Assembly (NCBI GenBank): GCA_012295275.1
Contig: CM022672.1
Location: forward strand, 15,872,001 to 15,936,000
Source of the DNA: Chrysomallon squamiferum
Lineage: Eukaryota; Animalia; Mollusca
Direction: 5' to 3'
DNA length: 64,000 nucleotides
Within the stretch, counting starts at the first letter, position 1; every line of letters starts with the position of its first letter. A model generated the notes under the pieces. It did no database searches. It saw only the letters and a list, made by a program, of their open reading frames with translations, and was not told the origin of the DNA. The position numbers and the translations under genes are program-made. Positions 19,613 through 33,572 of the stretch are shown in pieces.

Positions 19613-20691
19613 ACGCCAGAAGTATTCAAGAGTTTGTGCTTTCTGATCACAGCACATTTTTAAAATGTTTGCAGTGTGACATCCATTTGGAGATAGATAT
19701 AAGATTACCCAACTGGGAAAGTTTCATTAAGAATGATGAACAGTTTATATTTATTCATGTCACCACTTCATTTTTATGATGGAATCCTTGATGTGGGAGT
19801 AGGTTATTTAAGAAGTAATTGTGATCTTCTACAAAACAAATCACATAAGATCATGTTTAAAAGGGTAAAGTCATTGATGTGAATTTGGAAGATATCCTGC
19901 AATCTTTTCATGTTTTATATTTTTATTTATTTTTTATTTATTTGTCTGAATCTTCTATTGTGAAAACAGTGATTTTATTTTATCAGGGTAGGAATACGAC
20001 AAATTTTGTTTAAAAATTGGTTGATGTTGATAAATTGAAAGATTGTGATTGTTTGAATACAATGCATTTAGATGACTACAAATCTAATACTGGAATTTTG
20101 TTGCTGTTTCTCCATCAGGGTCATAATTATGCTCATAAAATTTTAGTTGAAATCTTTTAAAATAAAAAATAAAAACAAGTAGATACTTTGATGCTTCCTA
20201 TCATTACCTAGTAACAGTAAATTACTGCTAGATACTGCATCAGTAATAATGACTATTCAGCATTTTTGCAAATTCTCTGTCCTTTGGGCCATTTCTTAAC
20301 CCAGTCATTGTGGTTGATGAAACAAAAAAGGATATGGTTTGTGTTTCTTGTCTAGGGCAGATGAATATAAATACAGAGGCAACATATTTCATCAGGTTTG
20401 GTCCTTAACCATGTATGAATACTTGAAATAATGACGACAAAAGAATTAACTGCAACTTCTGCAATTAGTGTTAAAATATGCCAGAAATATTTAAGATGTT
20501 TATACAATTACTGATATCTGAAATTGCTCCTATTTTAAGTTGTTGGTGCTATTTGGGTTTCTTTCAAGCCAGTGCATATAGACTAGGGTTGCTGAAAGAT
20601 TTTTGGCTAAAATTATTTTATTTTTATATTTTATTATATTGTTATTTTTATGATTAAAGTAAACAATACATTTTTGGTCATGAAAATTTCA

Positions 20692-21329
20692 TCAGTTCTG
20701 TGTACAAGGATCTCCACTAACAGTAGGTTCTGAAAGAAAAAAAGGTTTGAAATACAAATTGTATTATTAAGGTCACAAAGCAAAACCGTTAACTAAAACA
20801 GGTCTGCATAAAAAAAAAAATTCAAAATGTTTTAGTAAGGATGCCAAACTGAAACTGCTATGGAAAATTTAAAATACTTTCCAGACTGAGGAAGTTTTTC
20901 TACATTAACATAAAAATATAATATGTCCATAATTAAATATAGAATTAATAATGTAATTTGTCACACCAGTTAGAATACCTTTGTACATCACTGATCTGAA
21001 TCTATTTCATGCTCTATTACATACTAGTTAATCATCTCATTGCTTTTGAGTAATACCTTTGCAATCACTAATCACATTCTCACACGCATTGAAAGTATGT
21101 ACATTAACACTCACGATGACATAAATTGCAGAATTTCATGCAGTTGTCTTCAGCCCATTGTCTGTATTTAGGATTTGTACATGTGTCTTTGGCATACTGA
21201 GAACAGTTGGGTTTTTTGTCAGCACATGGAGCTGGAGTGTTGGGCAAACCTAGTGAACAATAAATAAGTTTAATAAATAAATAAATGAATATATAAGAAA
21301 TGATTGAGACATTTTGAGTATTATTGGTT

Positions 21330-21360
<31 letters not shown>

Positions 21361-24300
21361 TCTACACAAACGTGTGACATGGAAAGTGTAATATTTTTAT
21401 TTTAATGCATCATTAATTATATATATATATATTAAGAAATTAAGTTTTGTGTTTGTTTAATTACCTTTGCACATTCCGCAGTATACAGGACAGTTTGATT
21501 TTGCCCATGATCTGTACTTTCCACAGCAAGACGATTTATCATAAAGTTTACAGTCGAGTTTGTCTACACATACTGGAAAAACAAAATGCATATATTTTTA
21601 TATATAAAGCAATCTTACCTTCACTAAGCATATATATTATTTTATCAAATGTGCAGTTAAAATAATTTGTGTGTGAATGTGCTTGCATACACACAATTGG
21701 CCTCACTGTGACAAGGAATCTACATGGAAATCGATTAATGATAAATGCACAGACTGACAGACAAACAAATCATAGAACAATTAAAAGTACGCACGTGCTG
21801 GATTCATTGTAGTTGTCATAGCATCCTTAATAGCTAATTCAGCAGCTGCAATAACAATAATAATAATAAAGTACATAATAATATACTTTCTTTAATTCTG
21901 GATGAAAACTAAAATGACCTGTTCATATACTTACATTATAAATGCAAGCATTAAATATTTCATTTTTGTTCCAAACTGAAAGTGTAAATTAATACACAAT
22001 TATAACATACTGTTTAATTTCTGATTAAACTATCAGTTCATAAATATCAGTCAATAAATCAATAAGTCAGTGTATATAGATATGTATCTATGTACGTATG
22101 TATGCATTACAAACGTGAATATTTGCAATAATAATATGATCCTATGGAAATGCATTAAATAAACATTCTACTGACACTGCTTCACCTTTGTTCCACACGT
22201 AAATATTTACGATAGTAATATCAACTCTGGGATTAATTTTTGCTGCATACTGAAACTGTGAATTAATAAGAAAGTAGCACACACGTGAACATTTGCGGCA
22301 GTAATATCTGCACTGTGTTTCTGCCCAGTGTTTGTATTTTGGGTTTTCACACGATTCCTTGGGGTATGCTTCACAGTTAGTCAGGTTGTTCTTACACTCT
22401 GGTGGAGGCTTTGTTGGGCCTGAATAATAATAATAATAATAATAAATTATATTAGTATTAATAATAATATTAGTAATACGTATATAAATTATATGTGTGT
22501 GTGTGTGTACAAACAACAGTGTTTTTAAAATAATGGTTGTACTTTGTATTTAGTGATATACGAACAGTATATTTGTAGTATTTGTTATAAACATAAATAA
22601 ATAAATTCAAAAACTAATTAGAAAAAAAAAAAAAAAAACAACAACAACATAGTAATAAAATAAAACAGGAAAAATTGAATAACAAGCACATTACTTGTAT
22701 GCATAAAGCTTCCTCTGCAAGCATTCTCACTGTGGCAAAAAAATGACAGAATTTGCACAAAACAAACAACAAAAAAAACACCTCGTTGGGTTTTGCAAGC
22801 ATTATCACCTACCTGTTTTGCACTTATTCGTATCCTGACGGAATTTGCAAGCATTCTTACCTTGACAGAATTTACATGTATTGTTGCAGTTTTCATGTGC
22901 CCAGGCAAGGAATGGAGCTTTACACGAATCTTTCGGATATTTATCACAATCAGGCAGTTTGTCAATGCAAGGAGGTTTAGGTCCTAGGGAGAATCAGATC
23001 TTGGAGTGATGTAAGCACGAAATTGCAAGCAAGCAGAGTTCTTATTTTTTTTTTTTATTTTTTTTTTTAAAAAACTACTGACAAAAGCCAAGCGTATTTT
23101 AAGAAAAGCTTTTTTTAGATAATAAATTCAAAATGTCAATAAGACGACATTTCACAAGACCTTTCGCTTTCTATTTAGAAATATAATTCCCTTATTCCCT
23201 CAAAATAAAAAATAAAGACAAAATAATAAAAATAATGATAAAGGCAACAACAGTCGATAAAACAACGAACAAAAGTAATAAAAAATGTATTATTTTGATA
23301 CAAATTTTAACAATAAATTAATAAAAATCATTACAGAAATAATATGTTTAATAAAGATGAATAAACACTGGATTATTAATTTATTTTTCTGGTTTGAATG
23401 TATTATTATTATTATTATTATTTTAAATGTTTTTTTTTTTATACAATAAATAAATAAATTTAAAACAAATTATTAAATAAAATTAAAAAATAATTATAAA
23501 GAATATTTGCTCTTTATTATTCTTGTAAAACTTTATCAGTAAACCCATAATTATTTATGCATCAAACATAGGATCCGAATAGTATACGGATTCATTATTA
23601 TTAATATTTTTCTTATGGTTGACATTTTTAATTTTAATCTGTCACTAAATATTACTATAAACAAATAAATATTTCAAAATTCAAAAACAAAAGCCACAAT
23701 CTGAAATCATACCGTTGCAAAATTTGCATCTGTTTCTACAATTATCTTTGGCCCATGCCTCATAAGGACTTTTGCATGATTCATCGGGAAACTGCTCACA
23801 GTTAGGCAGTTTGTCAACACAATCTAAAAAAAAAAAAAAAAAAAAAAATGAATCAAAGTTACCCTTCTAGTCTCGGTATATTTTAATCTACTAAGATATC
23901 CCACAATGCCCACGTATGTCTGAGAACCATTAACAGAAATCGGCAGCTATCACAAAATGTATCTGATGTTGTTGTATATTAGGTGAAAACAGAGTACAGT
24001 AAATTAATAAATAAATATAAAAATAGTAACTGCATTTTAACAAACAGTTATATTTGCTTAACTGGATCACAACAATATATTTTAAGATGGCGATGATTTC
24101 GAGTTAACTAGAAATAGTCATAGGCTAGTTCTTCTCTTAACAGCTAGCAAAACGTTTGGTTTTGAAAATTATATTTTTAAATATAAAATCCATAGTCTAA
24201 ATGTTTCTAAATTTGTGATCAGTTACTTACTTGGGTCAAATCCGCCAGGAATTGGTGGATTCGCAGTGTTCTGTCCAGGCAATGGTGGGGCAACTGTGTT

Positions 24301-24463
24301 GTGACCCGGCAAAGGTGGGGCAAACGTATTTTGACCCCCTAAAGGAGGGACTAAAGGTGTTATGTCCTGGTAGTGGTGGGGCAAGAGTTCCTGAAGAAAG
24401 AGGTGGAAATTGGCTGCGAGTTACGTAGATCAGATCTAAGATCAAAACAGATATTAGTAACAT
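20692..24463 (-). CDS. Secreted multi-ShKT-domain protein (signal peptide, Pro-rich decapeptide repeats, 5 ShKT domains); 1-nt frameshift in exon 1
   Basis: Exons 24231-24463, 23713-23823, 22861-22983, 22285-22419, 21795-21845, 21465-21572, 21115-21249, 20692-20729, all joined in phase 1. Domains such as CVDKLPNCEQFPDESCKSPYEAWAKDNCRNRCKFC fit the ShKT six-cysteine pattern ending W-A-x3-C-x3-C-x2-C. About 310 aa if the extra base near 24352-24355 is removed. Confidence 0.85.
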
Positions 24464-25285
24464 GCTGCTGTTGTTTTGTCTGTCGTAAGACTGAGGGCCC
24501 CACTTGAAAAGCAGAAAAGATAAGAGAGTGACGTGAAGAGACGAATCAAAGACTGAGTTGGTTTATGTCACATGTTAATCAGTTACCAGTTTCCCATACT
24601 AGTTCCATTTGCAAAATTTGCACATGTTTTTTTTTTTTTTTTGACGTTATCGGTGGTTGTCTTGCTGTACATGATAAACTTTCCTTATAAAGAACTGTCA
24701 TTCAACGTGACAGACGCATACACATAGAACAGTACACACACACACATATATGTATGCATGTATATATGTGTGTTTGTCTGTGTGTGTGTGTGTGTGTGAA
24801 ATCAATGGTTACTGTCTTAAGATATCAGTTTTATCCTACACTGAAGAAAAACAGTGTAAATCTTATATGCTGTGTCTTTTATCCTACAATCGTAAATAAC
24901 ACGAATATTAAAAGAAAATAAATGTTTTATTTATCAACTCGAAAGTAGTAAATTCACACGTATTCATTTCACTGTCGCTACCATATCAAAACAATATAAT
25001 TCTTAAATAATAACAATTTATTTGTTACTTTTTAAAATGAAAATCCTTTTCAGAAGTTGTTTTAAGATGTAAACCAGGAGTCTCCAGAGTGGTCAGTGAA
25101 TGCCTGCGGGTGAAAAGAACTTTTGGGGTTGAATGCTGATATTCGTATAGGAAATAAAAATATAACTTGCTCTTACACATTTTTATTTATGTATGTATGT
25201 ATGTATGTATGTATGTATGTATGTATGTATGTATGTATATATGTATGTATAATATAATGTATGTATGTATGTATGTATGTATGTA

Positions 25286-25320
<35 letters not shown>

Positions 25321-25322
<2 letters not shown>

Positions 25323-25530
25323 GCAAGGTCATTCAAAAGTCCTGCTACACTTTTAAATTTTAATTAAATGAAAACGGCTTTACAGATTAGTCGTGAACTT
25401 TCTTTAGACTGCTACAGTTTGTCCCATAATGAAAAAATCCCTTTTCTTAGGCTCCGTAGACTTCAACGTGAGCGCCTTCTTTTTCGAGACACATTGCCCA
25501 CCTCTTCAAGCATGAAGTTCATCTGAGCTT
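25321..25530 (-). mobile_element. Tc1/mariner-like transposon 3' end remnant
   Basis: CAAGGTCATTCAAAAGTCC resembles a mariner-type TIR. The minus-strand peptide RWAMCLEK/EGAHVEV (frameshifted) resembles the C-terminal C-x3-GGHxE motif of these transposases. Confidence 0.45.
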
Positions 25531-25599
25531 CAACACTGAACGTTTTCTATTCAAAAATAAATTATGTGAAAATACATTATATGATACTAATAGGCTCCA

Positions 25600-26115
25600 A
25601 TTTTCATTGGCTTGTAAAGATTTTAAATATTTTTCAACATACCGTTGTTGGAAGAAGATGAACAGATTTCAGACTGTGATATGGAGATATACATAAAGCA
25701 AGTTAAAAACTAAGGGCAAATTTAAAGTACTTTTCAAGGACCTGGAGAAAATGCACATACTCAACTGAATTGTTACGTCATTTGACTTGGAAACAGAAAA
25801 TGCAGGCAATGAATCGCTTTTAGAAGAAGAACTTGTTGATACGCGACTGAATCATGGAGCTAAATCAATGTCCAGATTTAAAACTTTCAGTGAGTAATAG
25901 TACAATGTAAATACTGCAATTAAACACCCCAAACGTAGTGCAGAGGTTGAGCCATTTTTATCCGCATTCCCACACAAATGCAGTTCTAACAAAGAAGAGG
26001 AACAGATTGTTTTCTGAACCTGGAATAGCATGGTGACTTACAATTACAACTTACCAGTCTCCAACCAAACATCAGTGCCGTTGCTGATGCACATCAAACA
26101 CATCCTTCCCATTAG
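25600..26115 (+). mobile_element. hAT (Charlie/Buster-type) transposase C-terminal remnant
   Basis: Interrupted peptides ISDCDMEIYIKQ, DLEKMHI, FDLETENAGNESLLEEELVD, AEVEPFL, LTKKRNRL and HGDLQLQLTSLQPNISAVADAHQTHPSH*. The HQxHPSH* ending is characteristic of this group. Confidence 0.7.
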
Positions 26116-28054
26116 TGATGTCAACCAATCCAATTATAAAGGTATCTTAATTTATTTTTAATGTATTACCAATATTATTTGTGAAGTTGTCTCTCATTTG
26201 TATTATTGAGGTTAATTGGTATCAAAACTAGGGGTAATGCAAATATAGCGCACGCGTTTAGTATAGATATCTGAGAAGTTCAGCTTGTCGTCTGCCTGCC
26301 ATTGTCTGTCCCTCACGAAATAAATAGTTTTTTTGGAGTCATAATCAAGAAGGCAAGAAACAGAGAAAATAAAATTACTTAAGTAGTAAGTAATATTTAT
26401 ATTTCAAGTCGAAAAATCAACGAATGTTTGACACCTGATCATGAAGGAGCAAATCATTCTTTCCTGGAAAATTCACTGTGATTTGCTTGTTATCAGCTCT
26501 TCATTTTTACTTATTTAACATATAATGAATTCTGTTAAAACTGTAATTTCTTTATAGAGTTTAAATTAACTTTTAAAAATTGGATTTCCTCATTATTTCT
26601 GTGCCCAGTCTGTTTAATATCATGTACACGCAGGTGCTAATCAAGAACACGTAATAAAGTATTATCTGACAATTCTATTTTTGAAAAACGAATTACTCTG
26701 GAAAACAGTGTACATCTATTACAACAGATCACTCGAGAGCTGACCGGATAAACTGATACTGAATGCAGGACAAATTATTAAAAGTTTTATTTTTGCTTTT
26801 AGAAACGATGTCATAAAATGGAAATTTCAGTTTTGACAAAAGTTTTCTTTTGCTTGATTATTTCTGTCCATTTTGAGAATAATTTTACGTTTGCACATCA
26901 GTTTTGTTCTATAAATTACAGTTTGGCTAAAATCAGTTTACATGGTAGTAATATGTTTTAAAAGACAAATTATTGTGAAGACTACTTTCGCAAACGTCTT
27001 GTTTTATTTTTACTTCCAGTTTGATATCTTTAATTTAAATTCGTTCAATTTGCTTGAAGTTTTTTTATTTGATATTTGATTTAAGTGTTTAGTGAATCTA
27101 AATTGCGAGGTTACCTGTTAAATGTATCACACCTAATTTATTATGAATTTTGAGGTGTTATAAAATGCATAAGTAAATACATACATTACACTGAAAATCT
27201 TACTTGATTCCATGATATTCTTTTTCTTTCTTCTTTCGAGAGAATATAGGTTTTTTAAAGAAATTCATCTTTGCAGAGAGCGATGTGTCACAACGCAAAA
27301 CCTTGTTGTCACAGATATGACGTCACATAATTTTTTTATTTTATTTTATTGCACATTACATTCGGTTCCAATCGGGAGCAGTCGGCAGAAAGACGTAAAA
27401 CAGAAACGTTTGTTATTGTAACAGAGTGGTTACATAGCGCGTACTCAGAAATGTGAAGAAAACACCAGGTTTAAAAATTACTGTAAAATATTTCTTCGTG
27501 TTTCTTATTTATTTATTTATCTTTATTATTGTAGTCATTATTTTATTTTATATTTAAAGCTTTTTTATTTGTTAAATGTAGATTGTGAATAACAGTATGA
27601 AATCAGAACGAAATAATTGTAATTTTTCATTGCTGACATCATAGGGCTGCTTTTACAGAATTGCTACGGCTATTTTATTTGGATTTTATTTTTTGTTATT
27701 TATTTATTCACTTTTAAACAACAACAACCCCCAAAAACAACAACAACAAAAACAACAAAAACAACAACAACAAAAAAAAAAAAAAAAAAACAACAAAAAA
27801 AAAACAAACAAACAACAACAAACAGACAGACAGAGAGTAACCCCTCAACAGAATTTAAAAATTAACAACCACTGGTGAACATTTGGAATTAATCCTCTAA
27901 TGTTTTAGCTCACTGGTAAAACGACGAAGGTTTCAATTTCAATATATATAAAAATACAAATTGTTTAAAAGCACTTCGTTGTACATGACAAATAAACATG
28001 CTATATCGAAGTGATCAGACTAAATTATTTGTTTTTAAAGAAATGAAGAATATA

Positions 28055-28090
<36 letters not shown>

Positions 28091-29774
28091 TATTTTTTTA
28101 TTTTATTTTTTTTTAATTATTGAATGACTGGTTGTTTGTTGTTTTAAAATCGCTTTACCGTGAGATTTTAATTTTGCAGCTTTACAATACGCGGAAACCT
28201 TCAATGTTTCTTTTATTCTTTTTTGTTGGGTTGTTTTTAGATTTTTTTTTTTCTTTCTTTTCTTTCTTTTATTAGAGTAAACGATCAGAATACATTTATT
28301 GTTAACTTTAATATTTGCTGAAGTTTGAACGTGTTTTGTACGTGTGCTTCTATTTGTTTCTGCATGTTTTAACAGTCCGTGCATGTGGAATTACAGACCA
28401 AAGCCCTTGCTGGGAATCATCATTTTTGAAAGTGCCACCATGTTATGATTTATGGATCATATTCCTTTTTCGAGTAAAAATGCCACTAACAATCGCCTTT
28501 AACAGTTTTTAGAGGAAATAATGAAAAATAAATATAGACATCTTTTCATTTCATTAGATGAATTATTTAAAGTTTAAACATTTTGACAAGATTTACTTGT
28601 TTTGACACTTGGATATTCATTAATTCCCCTTTCGCCATAATACGCCATTTTGTGAATGTTGTAGTTGTCCCCCTTTAATCAGTTTGACAACTTTGCCTTG
28701 CAAAATATCAACTAATAATAATCTGAAGCATAAACTGTAATATTTATTTTATTATTATAATTATTACTGTTATTATTTATTTATTTATTTATTTATTTAT
28801 TATTTTGTTTTAGCGCTGTACCTAATTTTAACTAGTTTAATAGAATTAGTTCGTGTAAAATGTAAATGTGCGCGTTTACCAATCTAAGGGAGACAACTGT
28901 CGCAAAAAGAAGAAATTATAAATTCATCAGTTAATAAGAATAATAGTATTAATAAAAGAAGAAAAAAGAAAGGCAGTTATTACTAAAGTTCGAACATAAA
29001 TTTATAATATCGTATGTATGTAGTTTTGTGTGTGTTTTTAATGTATATGTACAGCTCACTTTAATGCCTTTTCTCTTTATATATATATATAATTCATCTT
29101 AACATTTATTTCGTATATAATTGTTTTAATATACTGGGTTGCTAAATATCTATTTAGTAAGTACATGTGTCCTGAGGAACAGTATGCACTTCATTTAACG
29201 GACTTGTAGGATGAAGTGTGACTTATGCGGCGAAATCTGTTAAATTACAAATGATGATATTTTAATGTTATAACAGTCTAATTTAAATCGTTAATATTAT
29301 AACGATCCTCACTATTTTTAATATTAAATATAAAAATAAAACATTTTTTAACTTCATATCCTTCGCTGTGATCGAATATTGTGAGTAAAAATAAATCGGC
29401 ACCTTCCCAGGAATTGTCACAATCAAAATGAGGGGTGCCATTTTTGTGCTCCTAATATATTTAATAGCTGATACAAAAGCAATCCACCTTTGTTGGGAAA
29501 ATAAAGGGTTTGCTTCGAACCATGTAAACTGAATCCGAAATCCGATTAATCGAGGCTTACTGTGGGATTTATATGCGTGAATTTTGTGTGCTGCGTGTGT
29601 GTGTGTGTGTGTGTGTGTGTAATTATATGACTGTCTGTCTGTCTGTCTAACTGTCTGTCTCTCTATTATGTCTAGTTTATCTACACATATCTTTCTCTAT
29701 ATATAAGTATATATCTATATATATTTATTTATATACCTACTACCTTGGTACCTACTCACCTACCTACCTTAAAT

Positions 29775-29813
<39 letters not shown>

Positions 29814-30111
29814 AACACACACACATATATATATATATATGAATGTCTGTGTTGATATATATATATATGTGTATGTATATGTATGAATGTATGTATGTAT
29901 GTGACACTTTTATTTCCTTTCTTTAGATGTCAGAAATAAACCTAATTTCGTTTTCATAAACATGTAGTCGTCAGTGATAATAGCTGTGTAACGTTACTGA
30001 TAAATGAGATTTCATGTTATTTATCTACGTTATGCTGAAATGGGGAAAAAATCATAAATTTTCAAATCTACAGAAAAGAAAAAATATATTAATATACATA
30101 AATACATTTAT

Positions 30112-30160
<49 letters not shown>

Positions 30161-32135
30161 TTTAATGTTTACACAGTCAGGAAGCTGAAACATTTATTCT
30201 AGCTTTTAAGGAATTAGAAAGCGTGAATTAAAACAATAAGTAGAAAAACAAACACATTGCTAGAGTGAGAAAGAAAAACAGATAGATAGATGGCTAGATA
30301 TCTAAACAAAGATACAGACAGAGAGACAGACAGAAAAATAGAAATACACACACTAAAAGAAAAAGAGATAGATAGATAGATAGAGAGATACATAGATATA
30401 TCGATACAAAGACAGACAAACAGATGGACACACACACACTCACACACATATATAGATAGATAGACAGCTAGGTTTGTTTTGAAGTCGCATATGGTTAGAT
30501 TGGAAAAAATACATATTATCTATATCTACTACTACTGAAACAAAGACAGCAGCAACAATTATTATTATTATCATTGTTGTCGTCTTCGTTGTCTACGTTG
30601 TTGTAGTCATCATTGTTGTCGCTGTTGTTGTTGTTTAATGCTGCAGCTGCTACTGCTTTAACAACAGACTTCTTTTAAAATTACGGAGTTTTAGCATCGA
30701 TTCCAAACAGACCATTCTTCGCATCATCTCTCTGTATTGCGTATCCTTGCATCTTCTCCTAGACAGAACCGCTAAAGCAAAGAGAAAACAAGAAACAGTT
30801 TAACAGAAATACTCATCGCCCACTTCAGACGATTATGGATATTTAAAAGTCCCGAACCTTGAGCTTGGCGAAGTTCAGTACACGTAGGCTCCCGAAGAGG
30901 CAGTAGAGTACGAGTAATTAATAAGGGATACGTTAGTCTAATGGAATTCAAAATTAATTCATTTGTTAGCACGCAACTGTACAAGCTGAAGACTTATTCC
31001 GGGTGGTGCTAAACCTTACTTCAGTATATTCATCAGGATAATAGTATATTGATTTAATTCTTTCAAAGATAATGGTGATAATGATGAGGATGATGATAAT
31101 ATAAAAAAAAATAATAATTGTAATGAGATATAGATATATTTACTTATCAATTTTTGTTCTCATATCCATACATATATACCCACAAAAGCACGTACATACA
31201 TGCACACTGACATAAGTATATAATCACATACACAAATACATGCATACATGCTAACATATACACATATATGTGCACACACACACACACACACATGCATACA
31301 TACACACATACATACATATATAGATACATACAATTTTACACTACATTTATTCATTAAAGGCGATATTCTACTGTAAAGTTGATGCCTTTATTAACAAAAA
31401 TAAATACACTTCTAATCTACATACACGTGTCTCTATTCTGTTACTTTTTTACTTTTTTTGTAACAGAATCAAACAGAACTTATCAAAACGTGAAATATTA
31501 TTTGCTGAAAAGAATAAATAAAGAAGATGGAGAAGAAAGAAAAAAAAAAAAAAAAAAAAAAAAAGAACAACAACAAAAACACCTTTTGAGTAATCTCTAT
31601 GACGCTGTCGTTTTGTGTATTCCCCAAAGCACCCACTGTTTTATTTATTTACAAAGCCACATATCTTATTTCCCGTTTTAGATTTTTCCATTAAACTTAA
31701 TCAATTGGAGAAGGCGTTTCTCCTTTTGTACGTGATCCCTGTATTGTGTCGGCTGCAAGCGCCAAAACATTTTGAAATACAGTTCCATCCGAAATAGCCA
31801 TGGCTTATTACCATTTTAATAACGTGAAGCAAAATGTTTCATGTGATCTTCAACGAGCGATTCCTATCTGCCTGCTACTCCGACAGTTTACTGGGGTTAA
31901 GCAGGGACGTTGCATATCACTCTTGTCAAAATTTCATCTCTCGCGGGCCATCCCGTCCGCTGTGACCTTGCTGTTTAGAAGATGGTATTTTATTACGTAC
32001 CGTTTGCAAAATGACGTAATTACCGCGAAGGTCTGGAGACGTCTGAATGTAATTGATGTAAGGCACAGTTTTCGCACTAAAACTAGACAAACCTGAGATT
32101 TACTGCGACGTGATTAGCGATAGTGGTGAGAAATT

Positions 32136-32168
<33 letters not shown>

Positions 32169-32388
32169 TTAAAGAAAAAATTAAATGAAAATTAGAAATT
32201 AAAAAAAACTTGTTTAAGTTTTGGTCGAAGACTTAATCATTTTTGTTCCATTTTATTTTATTTTATTTTATTTTATTTTATTTTATTAAATTAACTAAAA
32301 TGAAGTTGATAATAATTTTCAATTAAAAATCCATTATATATACATACACATATATACACATGCACACACACACATACACATACATACA

Positions 32389-32450
<62 letters not shown>

Positions 32451-33531
32451 CACACAGATACTAGTACAACTAATGCAGCTATTATTACTATTAATACTAA
32501 CACCAGTATTAAAACAATAACAACGACTTCTAATACTACTAAGAGTAATGCAAAAGAATGAATTTATGAAAACCTGAGTAGCAGAGAGATGTGACATCAA
32601 GGAGAACTGAAAACAAGCGTGGACAGTTCAGTGGTAGATGATGATACAATTCATCTACAGCTTAATAATACAATTCATGTCATGTGGTTATTACTTTTAT
32701 TTTACATCGATTATTTCAAAACAGAACATTCCCCTGAGCTGGACCTTAGTGATGTCTGTGCCTGTTATATGATAACAGTACCACAACAACTTACAGCGAC
32801 ATGTCAGGGTATTCCTGCGATTCAAAGCAGTATGTTTCACGTGCACCTTTCTGACTAACATGACAGCGCATACCAGTTTATTTTATTTGGCAGGTCGTGG
32901 AGCACTAGGTGGAACGGGTTTTTACGGAAAGAAGCAAACCAGTGTGATAAATAGTATTCTGTATTTATTAATAATTAATTTTTACGGGATTTAGTTTTTG
33001 ATTTTTGTAGGTACATTGTTTTTTTGTTGTTTTTTCGCTTCTATTCTGAATTTTCTGAAAGTAATCATAGTATAATTAAAATCTATAATTAACTGTCAAA
33101 TGTTTTGGAAACTGAGAACGGGATTACGATTTATTATTTAGCATACTTTTTTTTATCAGAGAAATGTTAAAGTTTTAAAGTCGTGCACCTAATTTTTCTG
33201 TTTGAGACAGAAATACTAATGGAAAAAAAGAAAGAGAAAATATATAGTCGTTGTTTTAAAGTACCGAAATTAGGAAGGAGAATATTAGAAACAAATAATA
33301 TTATTTTATGTAACCAAATAATTATAAACTTCTGAATCATACCACCAATTATGTTCTGCAGCAGGATACTGAACATTTCAAGTAAAATCGGCCGTTTTTC
33401 CGAAAATACATTTCTTGATTAATCGTAAAATATTTCAACCAATGAAAGAACGGTGTACAATTCTTATCTCTCTTCCTCTGTACTCTATTACGCAATTAAA
33501 TATAATATGCAAGAGATGTAATCGTAAACTG

Positions 33532-33572
<41 letters not shown>

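Noticed and set aside
24236-24238. In-frame TGA in ShKT exon 1 as selenocysteine or readthrough
   Set aside because: Readthrough leaves phase 2, incompatible with the next exon; a 1-nt frameshift explains both the repeat register and the phase.
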